IMG/VR virus record: IMGVR_UViG_3300009167_000001
DNA: 55,143 bases
Source of the DNA: an uncultured virus (IMG/VR IMGVR_UViG_3300009167_000001)
Lineage: Duplodnaviria > Heunggongvirae > Uroviricota > Caudoviricetes
Direction: 5' to 3' (one strand)
Shown here: positions 46,088-55,143 of the stretch, one piece after another
How positions within the stretch are numbered: the stretch's first letter is position 1
Layout: each line of letters starts with the position of its first letter
Translations under genes and position numbers: made by a program
Notes under the pieces: generated by a model
The model's database searches: none
What the model was told of the DNA's origin: nothing
Seen by the model: only the letters and a program-made list of their open reading frames with translations

Positions 46088-46542
46088 TTACACTAATAGA
46101 AAATAAAGTTGTTGAGATTTTACAAGCGGCTACAATTGATGATGTATCTACTGACGTTGTTGTGGGAATTGATGACTTGTTGCTAGACTGGAATCAGTAT
46201 GGAGAATATCCAAGAATTGTAGTAGCTTGTGAAGGTGTTGAGACTCAATATATACAAGTTGGCGCTGTTACAAAGGAATATGCGGTTAATATTTTCTTAT
46301 TGTGCTATAATACTAACAAGGATGAATTAGTAAGGCAAAGAGATGTTATAGTCGATAGAATAGAGGTAGCCCTAAGAGCTAATCAAAGATTGGATAATTT
46401 AGCCGATAATAGTATAAGAGAAACTGTGTTTAGTTCCTCAATTCCAAGAGTTAGAGTTTCTAAGTCTGGAGTAAACGATAGTTACTATGCGGTTGCATGG
46501 ATTGATTTTAGGGTAAATACTGATAGAATAATCGCTCTATAA
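46084..46542 (+). CDS. putative tail terminator
   Basis: 152 aa, YP.I.V pattern, immediately before tail tube. Confidence 0.55.
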   Translation: MITLIENKVVEILQAATIDDVSTDVVVGIDDLLLDWNQYGEYPRIVVACEGVETQYIQVGAVTKEYAVNIFLLCYNTNKDELVRQRDVIVDRIEVALRANQRLDNLADNSIRETVFSSSIPRVRVSKSGVNDSYYAVAWIDFRVNTDRIIAL

Positions 46543-46567
46543 TAAGGAAAGGGGGTGAATAACTTAA

Positions 46568-47587
46568 ATGACAATTACAGGCTTAGTTGGACATTTAGGC
46601 GTAGGGGTACAAGTTCCTAGTAGTGGTGGTGTAGACGTTAATGGTATGGTTGCTGAAGCTGATTTGGGTGATGGTACTTATACACCTACTATTAGTGACT
46701 TCTTTGTTATCACAGAAGAAAGCTTTACTGCTGAAAACAACCCAATGGTTGCTGAAAATGAAATTGGTAGAGGTCGTGACCGTACTGGTGCTGTAGCTGG
46801 TGGATATGCTATTGCTGGTGGTTTTGGTGGTTACGCTAGAACTACTGACTTAGGATTACTTTGCCAGATGGCATTAAGTAATGATGAGGCTGCTTGCGCT
46901 GCAAGCGGCTCTACTGGTATTTCTACTGTTGTTCCTACAGACTATCTTGATTGGTGGACTGTAGAGAAAAACGTTGGTGATACCTTATACCAATGGCTAG
47001 TAAATGCGAAGATGAACACGTTAACAATCTCTGTTAACCAAGGTGAAATCGCAACTTATACTACTGATTGGGTAGTTTCTTTGGAAAAGAAAATTACATC
47101 TGGTGACGCTACTACTCCTACCTACGTTGATGATGACTTGTTAGCTTTCCACGGTGGCTTGCTTAAACTTGGTGGTACACAGTACAATAACATGGAATCA
47201 GTAGAAATTGCTATTGGTAATGGCCTTTCTAATGATGAGTATACGGTACACCCTTCTCGTTTCCTTAATAACGTAACTGAAGGAGCAAGAACATTTGACT
47301 TGAACTTCAACCAAGTATTCCAGGATGCTGATGACTACGCTAACTACACTTATGGTGCTGTTGGTCGTACAACTCCAGGATATGACTTGTATGAAGATGA
47401 TGTTTATTTCTTGCTTATGAACGCGCAGACTAAAGCTGCGGCTACTGAGTATATTGAATTCTTCTTCCCCCGTGTGATGTTTGGTGGGTTGCCTGTGACC
47501 CTTGCATCTGGTAGAATTGTTGTAGCCAATACTGGTACAGTATTGTCTCCGACAGTCGGTAATATAATTACCGTTTATTACAAGTAA
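46568..47587 (+). CDS. major tail tube protein
   Basis: Strong RBS, beta-rich Gly/Thr composition, WTVEKNVG, I.NGL...EG.R; precedes chaperone and tape measure. Confidence 0.75.
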   Translation: MTITGLVGHLGVGVQVPSSGGVDVNGMVAEADLGDGTYTPTISDFFVITEESFTAENNPMVAENEIGRGRDRTGAVAGGYAIAGGFGGYARTTDLGLLCQMALSNDEAACAASGSTGISTVVPTDYLDWWTVEKNVGDTLYQWLVNAKMNTLTISVNQGEIATYTTDWVVSLEKKITSGDATTPTYVDDDLLAFHGGLLKLGGTQYNNMESVEIAIGNGLSNDEYTVHPSRFLNNVTEGARTFDLNFNQVFQDADDYANYTYGAVGRTTPGYDLYEDDVYFLLMNAQTKAAATEYIEFFFPRVMFGGLPVTLASGRIVVANTGTVLSPTVGNIITVYYK

Positions 47588-47612
47588 TAGTTAAGTAAAG
47601 GAGTAAAAGAAA

Positions 47613-48062
47613 ATGGCTCAAAGAATTTATGTACAAACTGTCCCTGAAATATTTCGAGTTTATATACCTGAAGAAAAAGACTTACCAGAAGAAGACAAGA
47701 CTTGGTTTGAGCATCGCAAAATGACTGAAGCTGATTACCAGAAATTTGTGGACTTAACTTCAACAGTTAAGTTGGCAAACAAGAAAAAAGGCAAAGAGAC
47801 TGATGACAAAGCTGAAGTTGATATGATGCTTGGTACTACAAGAGCATTCCTAATTAAGACTCTTATCGTGAACTGGAATGTTATTGGTGAGGATGGCAAA
47901 GTATTAGCTGCTACATTAAACAATGTCAATATGTTATCACCTGAAATAGTTAAGATTTGGATTGACGATATTTATGACAAGAACCCAATTCTTAAAGCGG
48001 AAGAGGAAGACGATGGAGATAAAGAGATTGTAGCTGTTGGAGAAAAATCCCCTTTAGCTTAA
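47613..48062 (+). CDS. tail assembly chaperone (gpG-like)
   Basis: Between tail tube and tape measure; IVNWNV.GEDG; ends at slippery site. Confidence 0.75.
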   Translation: MAQRIYVQTVPEIFRVYIPEEKDLPEEDKTWFEHRKMTEADYQKFVDLTSTVKLANKKKGKETDDKAEVDMMLGTTRAFLIKTLIVNWNVIGEDGKVLAATLNNVNMLSPEIVKIWIDDIYDKNPILKAEEEDDGDKEIVAVGEKSPLA

Positions 48063-48340
48063 TCTTAGAAAATCAAGTAATAGCAATCTTAGAAGGAAGG
48101 CAGGAGATAGGAGAGCATCCACTCCTGCCTTCCGTTAGACAATGGTTAGACTGGAAGCTAACTAAAATTCTGCCTAGAGAGGGTGGAACTTTAAACCAAG
48201 ACCCTGAATTTATGAGAGATTTAAGAATTATCTCTGGACTTGAAGCTGATTGGGAAAAAATTGGCAAGGCTAGGGCTGGTATTAGAAAACAAATACAAGA
48301 AGGAAAAGGCAAAGTAAAGGGTGGATACTTACTTAAATAA
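48050..48340 (+). CDS. tail assembly chaperone -1 frameshift extension (gpT-like)
   Basis: C CCT TTA heptamer at 48050-48056; -1 frame open 96 codons with LPREGGTLNQDP motif. Confidence 0.75.
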   Translation, partial: PFSLILENQVIAILEGRQEIGEHPLLPSVRQWLDWKLTKILPREGGTLNQDPEFMRDLRIISGLEADWEKIGKARAGIRKQIQEGKGKVKGGYLLK

Positions 48341-48352
48341 GGAAGGTGCATC

Positions 48353-51300
48353 ATAGACCGAGAACTTAGATTTGTAGTTTCTCTTAAAGATAACGCCTCA
48401 CGGCAAGCAAGACAACTGGCTAGAAATCTTAGCCAGTTGAATACTACCCATGTTACAAACATTCGCCTTAACTTAATTGATAATGTAACTAGAAAACTAA
48501 AAGCCTTATATGCAGCTATATCTAAACAGGAAGGCGCTGTTTCTCTAGCGGCACTTACAGCAGGAGCAACAAATCTAGGTACTGCTCTTCAAGGCGCATT
48601 TAGTACTACTTCCAGTCAAAAATGGTATAACACTGTCTTTGGTTTTCTAAAAGGCGCAACAAAATATGCCACCATATTTGGTGATGCATTAGTAGGTGGC
48701 TTTCTTGCCGCAGGTGCCGCAGCACAAACTCTTGTTACAGTAATCTCCGCTATCGCAACTAAATGGATTGTTAGCATCAATAGTGAGATGGAACAATTCG
48801 AAGTTATGCTTCAAACTACTCTTCACAGCCTTACCGCTGCAAAAGAACAAATGGCAGACATTGTTCAATTTGCAAAAGAAACCCCTTATCAAATTAAAGA
48901 GATTACTGCTGCCGTTACAAAATTAGCGGCTTATAATATGCCTGTCGATAAATGGTTAAAACCATTAGGCGATATGGCTTCTGCTTTTGGTCGTGATATT
49001 ACTGATGCCGTAGAAGCTGCTGCTGACGCTATGACTGGTATGTTCCGTCGTGCGTTATCTTATGGTATTAAAATGGAACGTTCAGACTTTGACCAAGGTG
49101 GTAAATATGCTGGTATGACATATGCTGACGCTTTTATGATGGAAGTTCAAAAAAGATTCTCTGGAGGTATGGAACTTCAAGCTAAGACTTTTAAAGGAAT
49201 CGTGTCTAATATCAAAGATACGTTCTATATTGCTTTTCAACAAGCTACCCAACCTGCATTTGAGGGAATAAAAGGAATAGTAAGTGATGTTTATGATTGG
49301 CTAAATGCTAATTCTGGTCAAATTCAGCGCTATTTCAAAATTATAAATGATACTGTGATGGAGTTATTAGATACTGCTAAAGAGGTATTTAAATATTTCC
49401 AAAAAGATATTCTTCCAAGCCTTGTTCAATTATTTGAAGTAACTATGGAAGTTTGGTCTACCTTTAAAAAAGTTATGGGAACATTGATAACTGCTTTTGT
49501 TGTTCCTGCTCTTACTGTTTTAGGAAAACTTCTAGAGTTATTTGTTGACCTTATTGATTATGCAAAAATGCTCCTAGTTATCTACATGGGATACAGAGCA
49601 GCAGTTCTAGTTTTAAAACTCTTAGGCGTTCAAATGGTAAGTCTTGCTGCTAAAACGGCTTCTGCTAATGGAGCAGCAACTTTACTTTCTACTACCTTAA
49701 AAACTGTAACAACGCGAGTATTGCTGTTAGCGGCTGCTCTTGGTATTATGTGGATAGCAGAAAAATTCATAAAAACTAGAGATGCTATTAAAGAACTTGG
49801 TGGTTCTTTTGATAAGATTGCTGGTGGAGCAGAGAAAGTTAAAGGATATCTTGAAGAGCTAGGAAAAGCAAACAACTTTAGCACAGATGAAATGGCTGAA
49901 GCTGCTAATGTGGCTAAAGAATATGGTAACAATATGCAAAACGCTCTTGAAATTGGTGCTAAGGCTGCTGGAGCTTCTAATCTTAATATGCAGCTTTCTG
50001 ATACTATAGAACTAATAGGACAAGTATCAGATGCCTTTATTCATGAGGGAGATTCTGCTGAATTAATGGCTAAAAAAACTACTGAGGCTGCTGAGTTACT
50101 TAAATATCTAAAAGATAATGCAGAAGAGCTTGGAATTACATTTGAAGATGTTCAAGCTAATTTTGAACGCTATCCTGATGTTCTTGAAGCTTACGGAGAC
50201 AACATAGAAGGTCTTGGAATAGCGATTAAAAAATTTACTGCTGCCGCTTGGTTAGAAGAATCAACTGCTGATTTGAATGTTCTATTTAAAATGCTTCAAA
50301 ACTTAATGGCACCAACAAAAGAGATGCTATTAAATTATCCAACTGATACTTGGATTTCCCGTTCTACAGCAGATTTAAAAACTCTTTCAAAACAATTAGA
50401 AACTTCAGATGCAGAACTATCTGCTAGGTATTTAGCTAGTGCTGAAACTATAGAAGAAATTATGAATACCTATGGTATTATTGCTGGACAAGCAGATAAA
50501 GCACAAGCAGCAGCCAAAAGCACAGTAGGTATGACTGAAGAATATGCTGCTAGACTTGAAGAAGAAATAGAAAAAAGACGCTTAACTGGTGCTGATGCAG
50601 TAGCATCGGCGGCTGATAAAGAACTGCAAGCTGCTGAAGCAAGAGAAAGGTCTGCTAAGGCAATAGAAGCTGCTAACAAAACAGGTGTGTTGACACCGTT
50701 GGCTACTAATCAACCTGCTGGAGCAGTTTCTAAAGTTTCAGTGGTTGATTGGGTTGTAAACCACCCTGTAGCTGGTGTGTTAGGAGTAATAGCTGCTACT
50801 ATTGCTATAGCAAAAGTACTTAATAAAGGTTTTTCTAAACTTGGTCAAATAGGAATAAGAGCTATTAAAGTTCAAACTGCTGCTGCTGGTACAAGACTAG
50901 CTCGCTTTGGGTTGAACTATGCTACTAGAAATGCAAGTGCTACTGCATTGGGAATGGCTCCTGAAGAAGCTGCCGCAGGTAGAACATGGTTAGCAAGAAG
51001 ATTACTTAAAATGGAAGACAAACTTATATATAGAACTCTTCCTTCAAATCTATTAGATAGAATTGAAACTGCTACTCAAGAGCAAGTAAAAATATTAAAT
51101 GCAGCAAGAAATAAAAGAGTTGACCAATTAACTAAGGAATTAGATGCTGCTCTACAAAAAAGTGGTAGAAAAGCTGGTCAAAAAGCAAGAACTTTAAGTT
51201 CTCAAATTAGAGTAACTAATGCTCAATTTGATGATGCTATAAGAGATATTAGAAGAAGCTATGGAGATTTAGCCAAAGAAGTTGCTAATAAACGAGTACC

Positions 51301-54300
51301 TACTTCTATGCGTCAATTAGCACTTCAAATTGTTGATTTTACTAATAATCTTGAGTTAGCAGCAAAATCAACAGCTAGAACAGCACGAACTACTGCTACA
51401 GCCGCTAGAAGTCTTTCTAAATCAGGAAAAGGAATAATGGGAGCCTTATTCTCTGTTCCTCTATTTGGACCTGGGCTTAAAAAAATTTCTAGAAGTATTT
51501 TTGGTGCTGGTAGAGTAGCTCCTAGAGTAGCTGGTGGTGGTGCGGGTGTATCTTCTGTTGCGGCATCTGTTAATGCTGTTCAAACAGGAAATGTTGTAAA
51601 GCGTCTTGAATCCCAATGGCTTCGTAAACAATTTTCTAGATTAACTGGCACTATTTTAGGTCCGTTCAAAAAAAGTGTTTCTAGTGGTCTTGCTGCTGAA
51701 GCTGTTTATAAACCTATAGTTGAAGCTATTGATTCACAAACAGCTTCTACTGTAAATGCCTTCGAAAGATTTGGAAAAACTATTCCAGATGAAATAGGAA
51801 AACGTCTTACTGAACTTGGTGGAACAACTACTAAAGAGTTTGAAACTATTTTTCAAGAACTTTTCGCAGGTAGAAATATAAGAACTGTCTCATTAGCAGG
51901 AATTACTGAGCCTGAAGCTATTACTCATATTAACAAAGTAACAAAAGCATTTATGGATGCTATTATTGAAATGCCTAAAACTGGACGATATGCTTTGACT
52001 GGAGAAGAAGGTTTATCTGCTTGGCTACATGAATTTATGCATACTGCTCAAGAAGGAAAAGGTAGAACAGCACAAGGAATTGTAGCTAAAACAGCTAATG
52101 AAGCACAATTCTTAAAAGAACTAGATGCATGGCAAAAAGCTGCTGATGCTTTAAAAGCTATGGGAGTCGATGTTAAAAATAATACTGCTTTTATTAAAAC
52201 TGCAACTGAGTCTCTAGAAACTTATGCTAAAAAAGCTGGTCTTTCTACTGATATTCTAGATAGAGCAATAAAAACTGTTGCTGATAGACTTCCAGTAGCC
52301 GTAGAAAATATTTCAAAAGCTGCTACTGAAACAGCAACTAAAGCTACTACTGTTACAAGAGCAACTGCTCCTGGAAGAATAACAATTGACTCATATGCTG
52401 GTAAAGCCTTAGCACAAACTGAAAAAGCTGCTGTTAAAGCTTCTAATAAAAGCGCATTGATTTTAGGAAAACAACTTGGTAAACTTGTAGGAAAAGGAAT
52501 TGGTGGAGTTACAACCGCAACAATGGTTACTGACCTTCTTGGTACTCTTGTGGCACAAGAAACAGTTATGAGAAAATCAACTGGTCAAGAAATTTCTATG
52601 AAGCCACTAGAATATCAAAAGCAAATGTCTGAAGCTTTATTAGGTCCAGGAGAGGCTTTAAATGATACTCTTAAAGGACTAGCGGGAGCTATAGGAACCG
52701 TATTTACCGCTGGACAAGTTGGTGGTACTAAGGAATTGGCAGGAGCTATAAAAGATGTACCTGAAGACTTAGGTAAAGCTGCACAGGCTTTGATAGATTC
52801 TGTTCAAAGCAACAAAATGATGATGGATTATCTATATTCTCATGGCATGGACGTAGAAATGTATAATAAAGCTACAGCAGAAATAATTGCTGGTACAGGC
52901 AAAAGTAAAGAAGTAGATATGCTTTATGATAAGTTAGTAGATTATTCGAAAGCAGAACCATCACTTATGGCTGCTGCTAAAGCTAACGAATTAGCTGCTA
53001 AAACTAATAAACTAGCTGCTGAAGGCAAGGTTCCTGGTATTAAGTTTGATGCAGAAACAATGGCTAGTGGTGCTGGAAATCCATTTATGCAAATGGCTAT
53101 TCAAGGAATCCCCGAAGCTGCTGAAAAGGCTATGGAAGAAGTAGTTCCTGTTTTTGAACAAGGGGCAAAAACTGCTGGTCAAGCCATAGCTAATGGAGTA
53201 AAGGAAGGAATGGATAGTGTAGATATAAGTTCTGAAGGCGTAGACCAAATGTTAGAAGGTCTTGTAACCAAAGGTTCTTATGGTTTAGCAGATATTCAAG
53301 CTGGACTTAAAAAAATGGATGATAGATTACAACATCTTGAAAAGACAGAAATCCCATTGACTACTAAAAAAGTTCAAGAGCTTGAAGAAATGCTTAGTAG
53401 CTTGGATAGACAAATTAAACGTAATGAACTTGATTTAGCCAAGTTTGGTCAAGAAATGACTAATATTGCAAGTACCTTTGATTTGGCTATTGCTATAAAT
53501 GAATTGGCTCTTGTCTCTGATTCTGCTCAAGCAGCCAGAAAAGAAATAGCTAGACTTAATGTTGTTCTTGCTCAACAAGAAATTGAACTGGCTAGTCTAG
53601 AAACTCGTCTGCAAGCTATTCAAACAGAATTTGATGAAGTAAGCAATACTATTAATAAAGCTCAAGAGTCTCTAGATAAATTCCTTAATGCTCCAGTAGA
53701 AGGAGAAGGAGCATATCTTGATAGGATTTATGAAATTGATAAACAATTAAGTGAGCTTGAACTTAAAAAGATAAATCTACAACCTACCTATGATTTATTC
53801 TCAAAAGCAGGAATGCTTGATAGTGATGCCTTCAAGAAATGGGCTGCTGAAACTGGCTGGGCTATGATAGAAAATCAAATGGCAGCATTAGAAAATGAGA
53901 AAACTTTAGAGGAAGCTAAACGTAGAAATGCTACAATGGATATTGAACATTTCAAAGAAAAATCTCAGCGTGAAGAAGAGTTTACTACTAAACAAATTGA
54001 AGACGGCGTTAATGCTGCTATGGCAGTTATAGAAGCTAATAAACCTAGACTTGAACAGTTAGAAAAAGAACTAGAAAAACAACAATCTCTTGTTGAGAAA
54101 AAACAACAAGAAATTGAAGCTACTAATAATGCTATTGCTGCTCATGAAAGAGAACTTACATTACTTGAAAGAAAAGTTGAATTAGCTAATCAAGATGCTC
54201 AAGCAGCTAAGGAAAAAATGGAAGCTAACAAAAAAATCTTTGACTTAGAAGGCGCTATTACTGATATGAAGATGATGCAAACAGCAGAAGCTATGGCTCA

Positions 54301-54958
54301 AGGTTTAATTAGCACAGAGGTTATGGAAAGTCTTGTTACTCAATACAATGCCTTAGCAGATAAAACATCTGATATTACAAGAACACAAACAGGATTGAAC
54401 TATAGAGTTCAAGCAATAACCTTTGATAAGGAATACTGGGATAAAAGATTAGCTACAGCCCAAGCTGAGCAAGGAACATTAATAGACAACATTAATAGAT
54501 TAGTCCAAGCTGCTGAAGATATGATTACTGGAGTAAATGCAGACAGTGAAGGATTTGAAACTGCCTTAGCAAATGTATTTGGAGCAGATATTAAAGGGGT
54601 TGTAGGCCAAATGTCATTGAATTTAGCAGCGATGGCTAGAGGAAAAGAAGGCGCAACTACGGCATTTCCAAGCTATCAATTTGGTGGCATTGAATTAGCA
54701 CAAGAACAATTAGCACTACTACATGGTCCAGAAGCTATTATTCCCTTGCATGGTGGCGCGGTTCCTGTTAAAATATATGGTGCTGCAACTCAAGGAGAAT
54801 CTGGTCCAGTCACAATCAATCAAACTACTGTTGAAGTTGGTAGTATTGTTGTGCGTGATGATAATGACTTAGAAGAAATTAAACAAGCTATCCTAGATTT
54901 ACGTCAGGGTAACACTACTTTCTTCTCTAGAGCATCTCAATATTCAGAAAGATTTTAA
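48353..54958 (+). CDS. tape measure protein (~2200 aa)
   Basis: Ala-rich helical; FAKETPYQIKEI tape-measure motif, TM segments, coiled coil, C-terminal GG...LH.PEAIIPL; frame is open upstream of the TTG at 48437 back to 48341. Confidence 0.88.
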   Translation: MDRELRFVVSLKDNASRQARQLARNLSQLNTTHVTNIRLNLIDNVTRKLKALYAAISKQEGAVSLAALTAGATNLGTALQGAFSTTSSQKWYNTVFGFLKGATKYATIFGDALVGGFLAAGAAAQTLVTVISAIATKWIVSINSEMEQFEVMLQTTLHSLTAAKEQMADIVQFAKETPYQIKEITAAVTKLAAYNMPVDKWLKPLGDMASAFGRDITDAVEAAADAMTGMFRRALSYGIKMERSDFDQGGKYAGMTYADAFMMEVQKRFSGGMELQAKTFKGIVSNIKDTFYIAFQQATQPAFEGIKGIVSDVYDWLNANSGQIQRYFKIINDTVMELLDTAKEVFKYFQKDILPSLVQLFEVTMEVWSTFKKVMGTLITAFVVPALTVLGKLLELFVDLIDYAKMLLVIYMGYRAAVLVLKLLGVQMVSLAAKTASANGAATLLSTTLKTVTTRVLLLAAALGIMWIAEKFIKTRDAIKELGGSFDKIAGGAEKVKGYLEELGKANNFSTDEMAEAANVAKEYGNNMQNALEIGAKAAGASNLNMQLSDTIELIGQVSDAFIHEGDSAELMAKKTTEAAELLKYLKDNAEELGITFEDVQANFERYPDVLEAYGDNIEGLGIAIKKFTAAAWLEESTADLNVLFKMLQNLMAPTKEMLLNYPTDTWISRSTADLKTLSKQLETSDAELSARYLASAETIEEIMNTYGIIAGQADKAQAAAKSTVGMTEEYAARLEEEIEKRRLTGADAVASAADKELQAAEARERSAKAIEAANKTGVLTPLATNQPAGAVSKVSVVDWVVNHPVAGVLGVIAATIAIAKVLNKGFSKLGQIGIRAIKVQTAAAGTRLARFGLNYATRNASATALGMAPEEAAAGRTWLARRLLKMEDKLIYRTLPSNLLDRIETATQEQVKILNAARNKRVDQLTKELDAALQKSGRKAGQKARTLSSQIRVTNAQFDDAIRDIRRSYGDLAKEVANKRVPTSMRQLALQIVDFTNNLELAAKSTARTARTTATAARSLSKSGKGIMGALFSVPLFGPGLKKISRSIFGAGRVAPRVAGGGAGVSSVAASVNAVQTGNVVKRLESQWLRKQFSRLTGTILGPFKKSVSSGLAAEAVYKPIVEAIDSQTASTVNAFERFGKTIPDEIGKRLTELGGTTTKEFETIFQELFAGRNIRTVSLAGITEPEAITHINKVTKAFMDAIIEMPKTGRYALTGEEGLSAWLHEFMHTAQEGKGRTAQGIVAKTANEAQFLKELDAWQKAADALKAMGVDVKNNTAFIKTATESLETYAKKAGLSTDILDRAIKTVADRLPVAVENISKAATETATKATTVTRATAPGRITIDSYAGKALAQTEKAAVKASNKSALILGKQLGKLVGKGIGGVTTATMVTDLLGTLVAQETVMRKSTGQEISMKPLEYQKQMSEALLGPGEALNDTLKGLAGAIGTVFTAGQVGGTKELAGAIKDVPEDLGKAAQALIDSVQSNKMMMDYLYSHGMDVEMYNKATAEIIAGTGKSKEVDMLYDKLVDYSKAEPSLMAAAKANELAAKTNKLAAEGKVPGIKFDAETMASGAGNPFMQMAIQGIPEAAEKAMEEVVPVFEQGAKTAGQAIANGVKEGMDSVDISSEGVDQMLEGLVTKGSYGLADIQAGLKKMDDRLQHLEKTEIPLTTKKVQELEEMLSSLDRQIKRNELDLAKFGQEMTNIASTFDLAIAINELALVSDSAQAARKEIARLNVVLAQQEIELASLETRLQAIQTEFDEVSNTINKAQESLDKFLNAPVEGEGAYLDRIYEIDKQLSELELKKINLQPTYDLFSKAGMLDSDAFKKWAAETGWAMIENQMAALENEKTLEEAKRRNATMDIEHFKEKSQREEEFTTKQIEDGVNAAMAVIEANKPRLEQLEKELEKQQSLVEKKQQEIEATNNAIAAHERELTLLERKVELANQDAQAAKEKMEANKKIFDLEGAITDMKMMQTAEAMAQGLISTEVMESLVTQYNALADKTSDITRTQTGLNYRVQAITFDKEYWDKRLATAQAEQGTLIDNINRLVQAAEDMITGVNADSEGFETALANVFGADIKGVVGQMSLNLAAMARGKEGATTAFPSYQFGGIELAQEQLALLHGPEAIIPLHGGAVPVKIYGAATQGESGPVTINQTTVEVGSIVVRDDNDLEEIKQAILDLRQGNTTFFSRASQYSERF

Positions 54959-54968
54959 GGAGGGATAA

Positions 54969-55143
54969 ATGTCAGATATTAATGGTTATGAAATTCATGT
55001 AACAGATGAAACACTTCCCCACCTTGAATCTACTTGGACTGAAGTTGAAGTAACATCTGATAATAAAACTTACAAGTTTAAACGCGAGACTAATAAAAGT
55101 TTAGTGTTCGATATATCTGGTTTTATTTCTTTGAGTACTTATG
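54969..55143 (+). CDS. partial distal tail protein (runs off window)
   Basis: AGGAGG RBS then MSDINGYEIHVTDE..., open to window end; position after tape measure. Confidence 0.5.
   Translation, partial: MSDINGYEIHVTDETLPHLESTWTEVEVTSDNKTYKFKRETNKSLVFDISGFISLSTY

Noticed and set aside
48073..48462. 129-aa minus-strand ORF in the gap before the tape measure
   Set aside because: The gap is explained by the + strand -1 frameshift extension with the LPxxGGxxxQ motif and by the TMP N-terminus
1..55143. Alternative genetic code or prophage integration module
   Set aside because: Long genes read through in the standard code with all three stops used as terminators; no integrase, repressor or flanking host genes are recognisable

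Overview
A 55-kb fragment of an AT-rich tailed dsDNA bacteriophage, probably siphovirus-like (tail tube and very long tape measure, no sheath seen). Essentially all genes are on the + strand and most are translationally coupled. From left to right: (1) an accessory region with an Rnl2-type RNA ligase, HNH, an SLH-domain glycan hydrolase, two Thr-rich envelope proteins (one with an LPxTG-like FPFTG sorting signal), a PAPS-reductase-family protein fused to a Zn finger, an RlaP-like nucleotidyltransferase plus RtcB, and a tandem array of small SH3/KOW-like paralogs; (2) replication/recombination genes: SSB, family A DNA polymerase broken by a 1-nt frameshift, a GC-rich island, a P-loop NTPase, RecA, resolvase-like nucleases, a Cas4-like nuclease and SpoVS; (3) class II ribonucleotide reductase; (4) a ~7-kb glycan-building cluster (GT4, GT2-GT2, SGNH, three FkbM plus one other SAM methyltransferase, cytidylyltransferase, GT4); (5) virion morphogenesis: intein-containing terminase, portal, scaffold, major capsid, head-tail connectors, tail tube, tail assembly chaperone with -1 frameshift signal, and tape measure. 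No CRISPR array, tRNA, rRNA or integrase was recognised. The host is inferred to be a monoderm with S-layer and sortase machinery. All family assignments come from motif recognition by eye, not database searches.
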